This document shows positions 62,909 through 64,000 of a DNA stretch of 64,000 nucleotides, piece by piece; position 1 is the first letter of the stretch; each line of letters starts with the position of its first letter. The notes beneath the pieces were generated by a model that did no database searches, was not told where the DNA came from, and was given only the letters and a program-made list of their open reading frames with translations. The DNA is from Chloroflexota bacterium (lineage in GTDB: Bacteria > Chloroflexota > UBA11872 > VXOZ01). Location of the stretch: assembly GCA_012270555.1 (NCBI GenBank), contig JAAXIC010000014.1, positions 1,200 through 65,199 of the forward strand, in the 5' to 3' direction. The position numbers and the translations under genes are program-made.

Positions 62909-63162
62909 AGCGACCGGCTCCTCTGTCAGCGGCGTTTCAGGTAGGCAGTGTGTGTGGTGTCAGCCACTTCAGTCTGCACCAGCTTTCGGACAAATAGGAC
63001 TGCCTTAAGCACCAGCAGCGTTGTGCGGAGAGGATTGTCCATCACCAGCCCTTCACGTTGCCGCCTCTTGTATTCTATACTACTGCTTGTCAGCACTATA
63101 CGTAGTCAATTGTGCATGTCGGCACGGTTCCGAGTCAGAAGCCCGAAAAGGAGGGCGTTCGC

Positions 63163-64000
63163 ATGGAGCGCGCGAGCAGGTTCTGCACCAACTGTGGCAG
63201 CGAATTGGACCAAGGCGCGAAGTTTTGCGCCCAATGCGGCACCCGAACGCGACAAGGCGGTACACCGGCGGCCCGAGAGGTTGGCAGGCAGCCACCAAAG
63301 GAAGAAGCTCCGGCGGCGCGTGAGGTCGGCAGTCAACCACCGCAGGAAGAACCTCCAGTGGCAGCCCGTGCAGTCGGTAGGCCGACGCCGCAAGAGGAGG
63401 CCCCGGCGGCGGCAGACGTGGACTGGAGCAAGTATTCGCGGTATCTAAGGGTTGATACGTCCGGTGGCTTTGCTGCCATTGTTACGCCGATCATGATTTG
63501 GACGGTTGCCGCAGGCACCCTCGTATGGGCAGTTCTCGGACTGATCTCCCTCCGCTTCGATCTCTCGATACTGAATCTCGAAGACCTGTTCTTCACCATG
63601 CTGATCATCATTGGCATCATGCTCAGTGTAGTTGCCAACATCTATCTCACCCTTAGCTACCGTGACCGGGCAGGTGCGTTGTGGCAAGCCTTGTCCTTTT
63701 TGCCGGTGCTTTGGTTGGCCTTCTTGTGCGTGGGATTGACTATCATGATTGGGCAGGTGTGGACGGACTTCGCGGGCGGTCCCAACGAGCTCCGGCGGGC
63801 GATGTTCTCGCTAATTGGTGTTGGTGTGTGCGGGGTCTATGGTGGGTACGTGTCCCTCGTAGCGATCGGTCAGGGCCGCATCTACCATTGGGTGCGCCGG
63901 GTGGTGTATGTCTTGATAGCGATTACTGCCGTAGAAATTCTGGATGCGTTGTGGTGGGGGACTGGATACCTGTCAGGGGAGGAGATGTGGGAGCACTTCC
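63163..64000 (+). CDS. Zinc-ribbon domain membrane protein, 3'-truncated (absent from the supplied ORF track)
   Basis: AGGAGG RBS; MERASRFCTNCGSELDQGAKFCAQCG; Pro/Glu repeats, then several TM segments; frame open to the window end. Confidence 0.75.
   Translation, partial: MERASRFCTNCGSELDQGAKFCAQCGTRTRQGGTPAAREVGRQPPKEEAPAAREVGSQPPQEEPPVAARAVGRPTPQEEAPAAADVDWSKYSRYLRVDTSGGFAAIVTPIMIWTVAAGTLVWAVLGLISLRFDLSILNLEDLFFTMLIIIGIMLSVVANIYLTLSYRDRAGALWQALSFLPVLWLAFLCVGLTIMIGQVWTDFAGGPNELRRAMFSLIGVGVCGVYGGYVSLVAIGQGRIYHWVRRVVYVLIAITAVEILDALWWGTGYLSGEEMWEHF

Overview
GC-rich bacterial chromosomal segment, most consistent with a Chloroflexota genome. This is an inference from the gene repertoire (many Gfo/Idh/MocA oxidoreductases, sugar-binding lipoproteins, UPF0182, FtsH-like and ankyrin proteins, dense intergenic palindromic repeats), which also recalls marine or sponge-associated lineages. 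Housekeeping genes (recQ, pyrE, mnmE, nrdR, purSQLFMN-fchA-folD-eno, larBC, galU, thpR, folK) alternate with carbohydrate-catabolic accessory genes. I saw no rRNA, tRNA, CRISPR array, transposase or integrase. The most striking locus is 41.7-47.3 kb: an atypical OmpR-family regulator, a MauE-like and a MauD-like disulfide-handling pair, and a 107-aa Tat-exported precursor. The precursor has a MauA-like leader but a Trp-free, 8-Cys mature peptide, and there is no mauB or mauG in the window. Two paralogous orphan solute-binding lipoproteins follow. Other oddities are an NrdR with a duplicated zinc ribbon and tandem NrdR boxes, a RecQ-Nudix fusion, and a FolD lacking its cyclohydrolase residues next to an FchA-type gene. 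All calls come from motif recognition by eye; no database searches were run.
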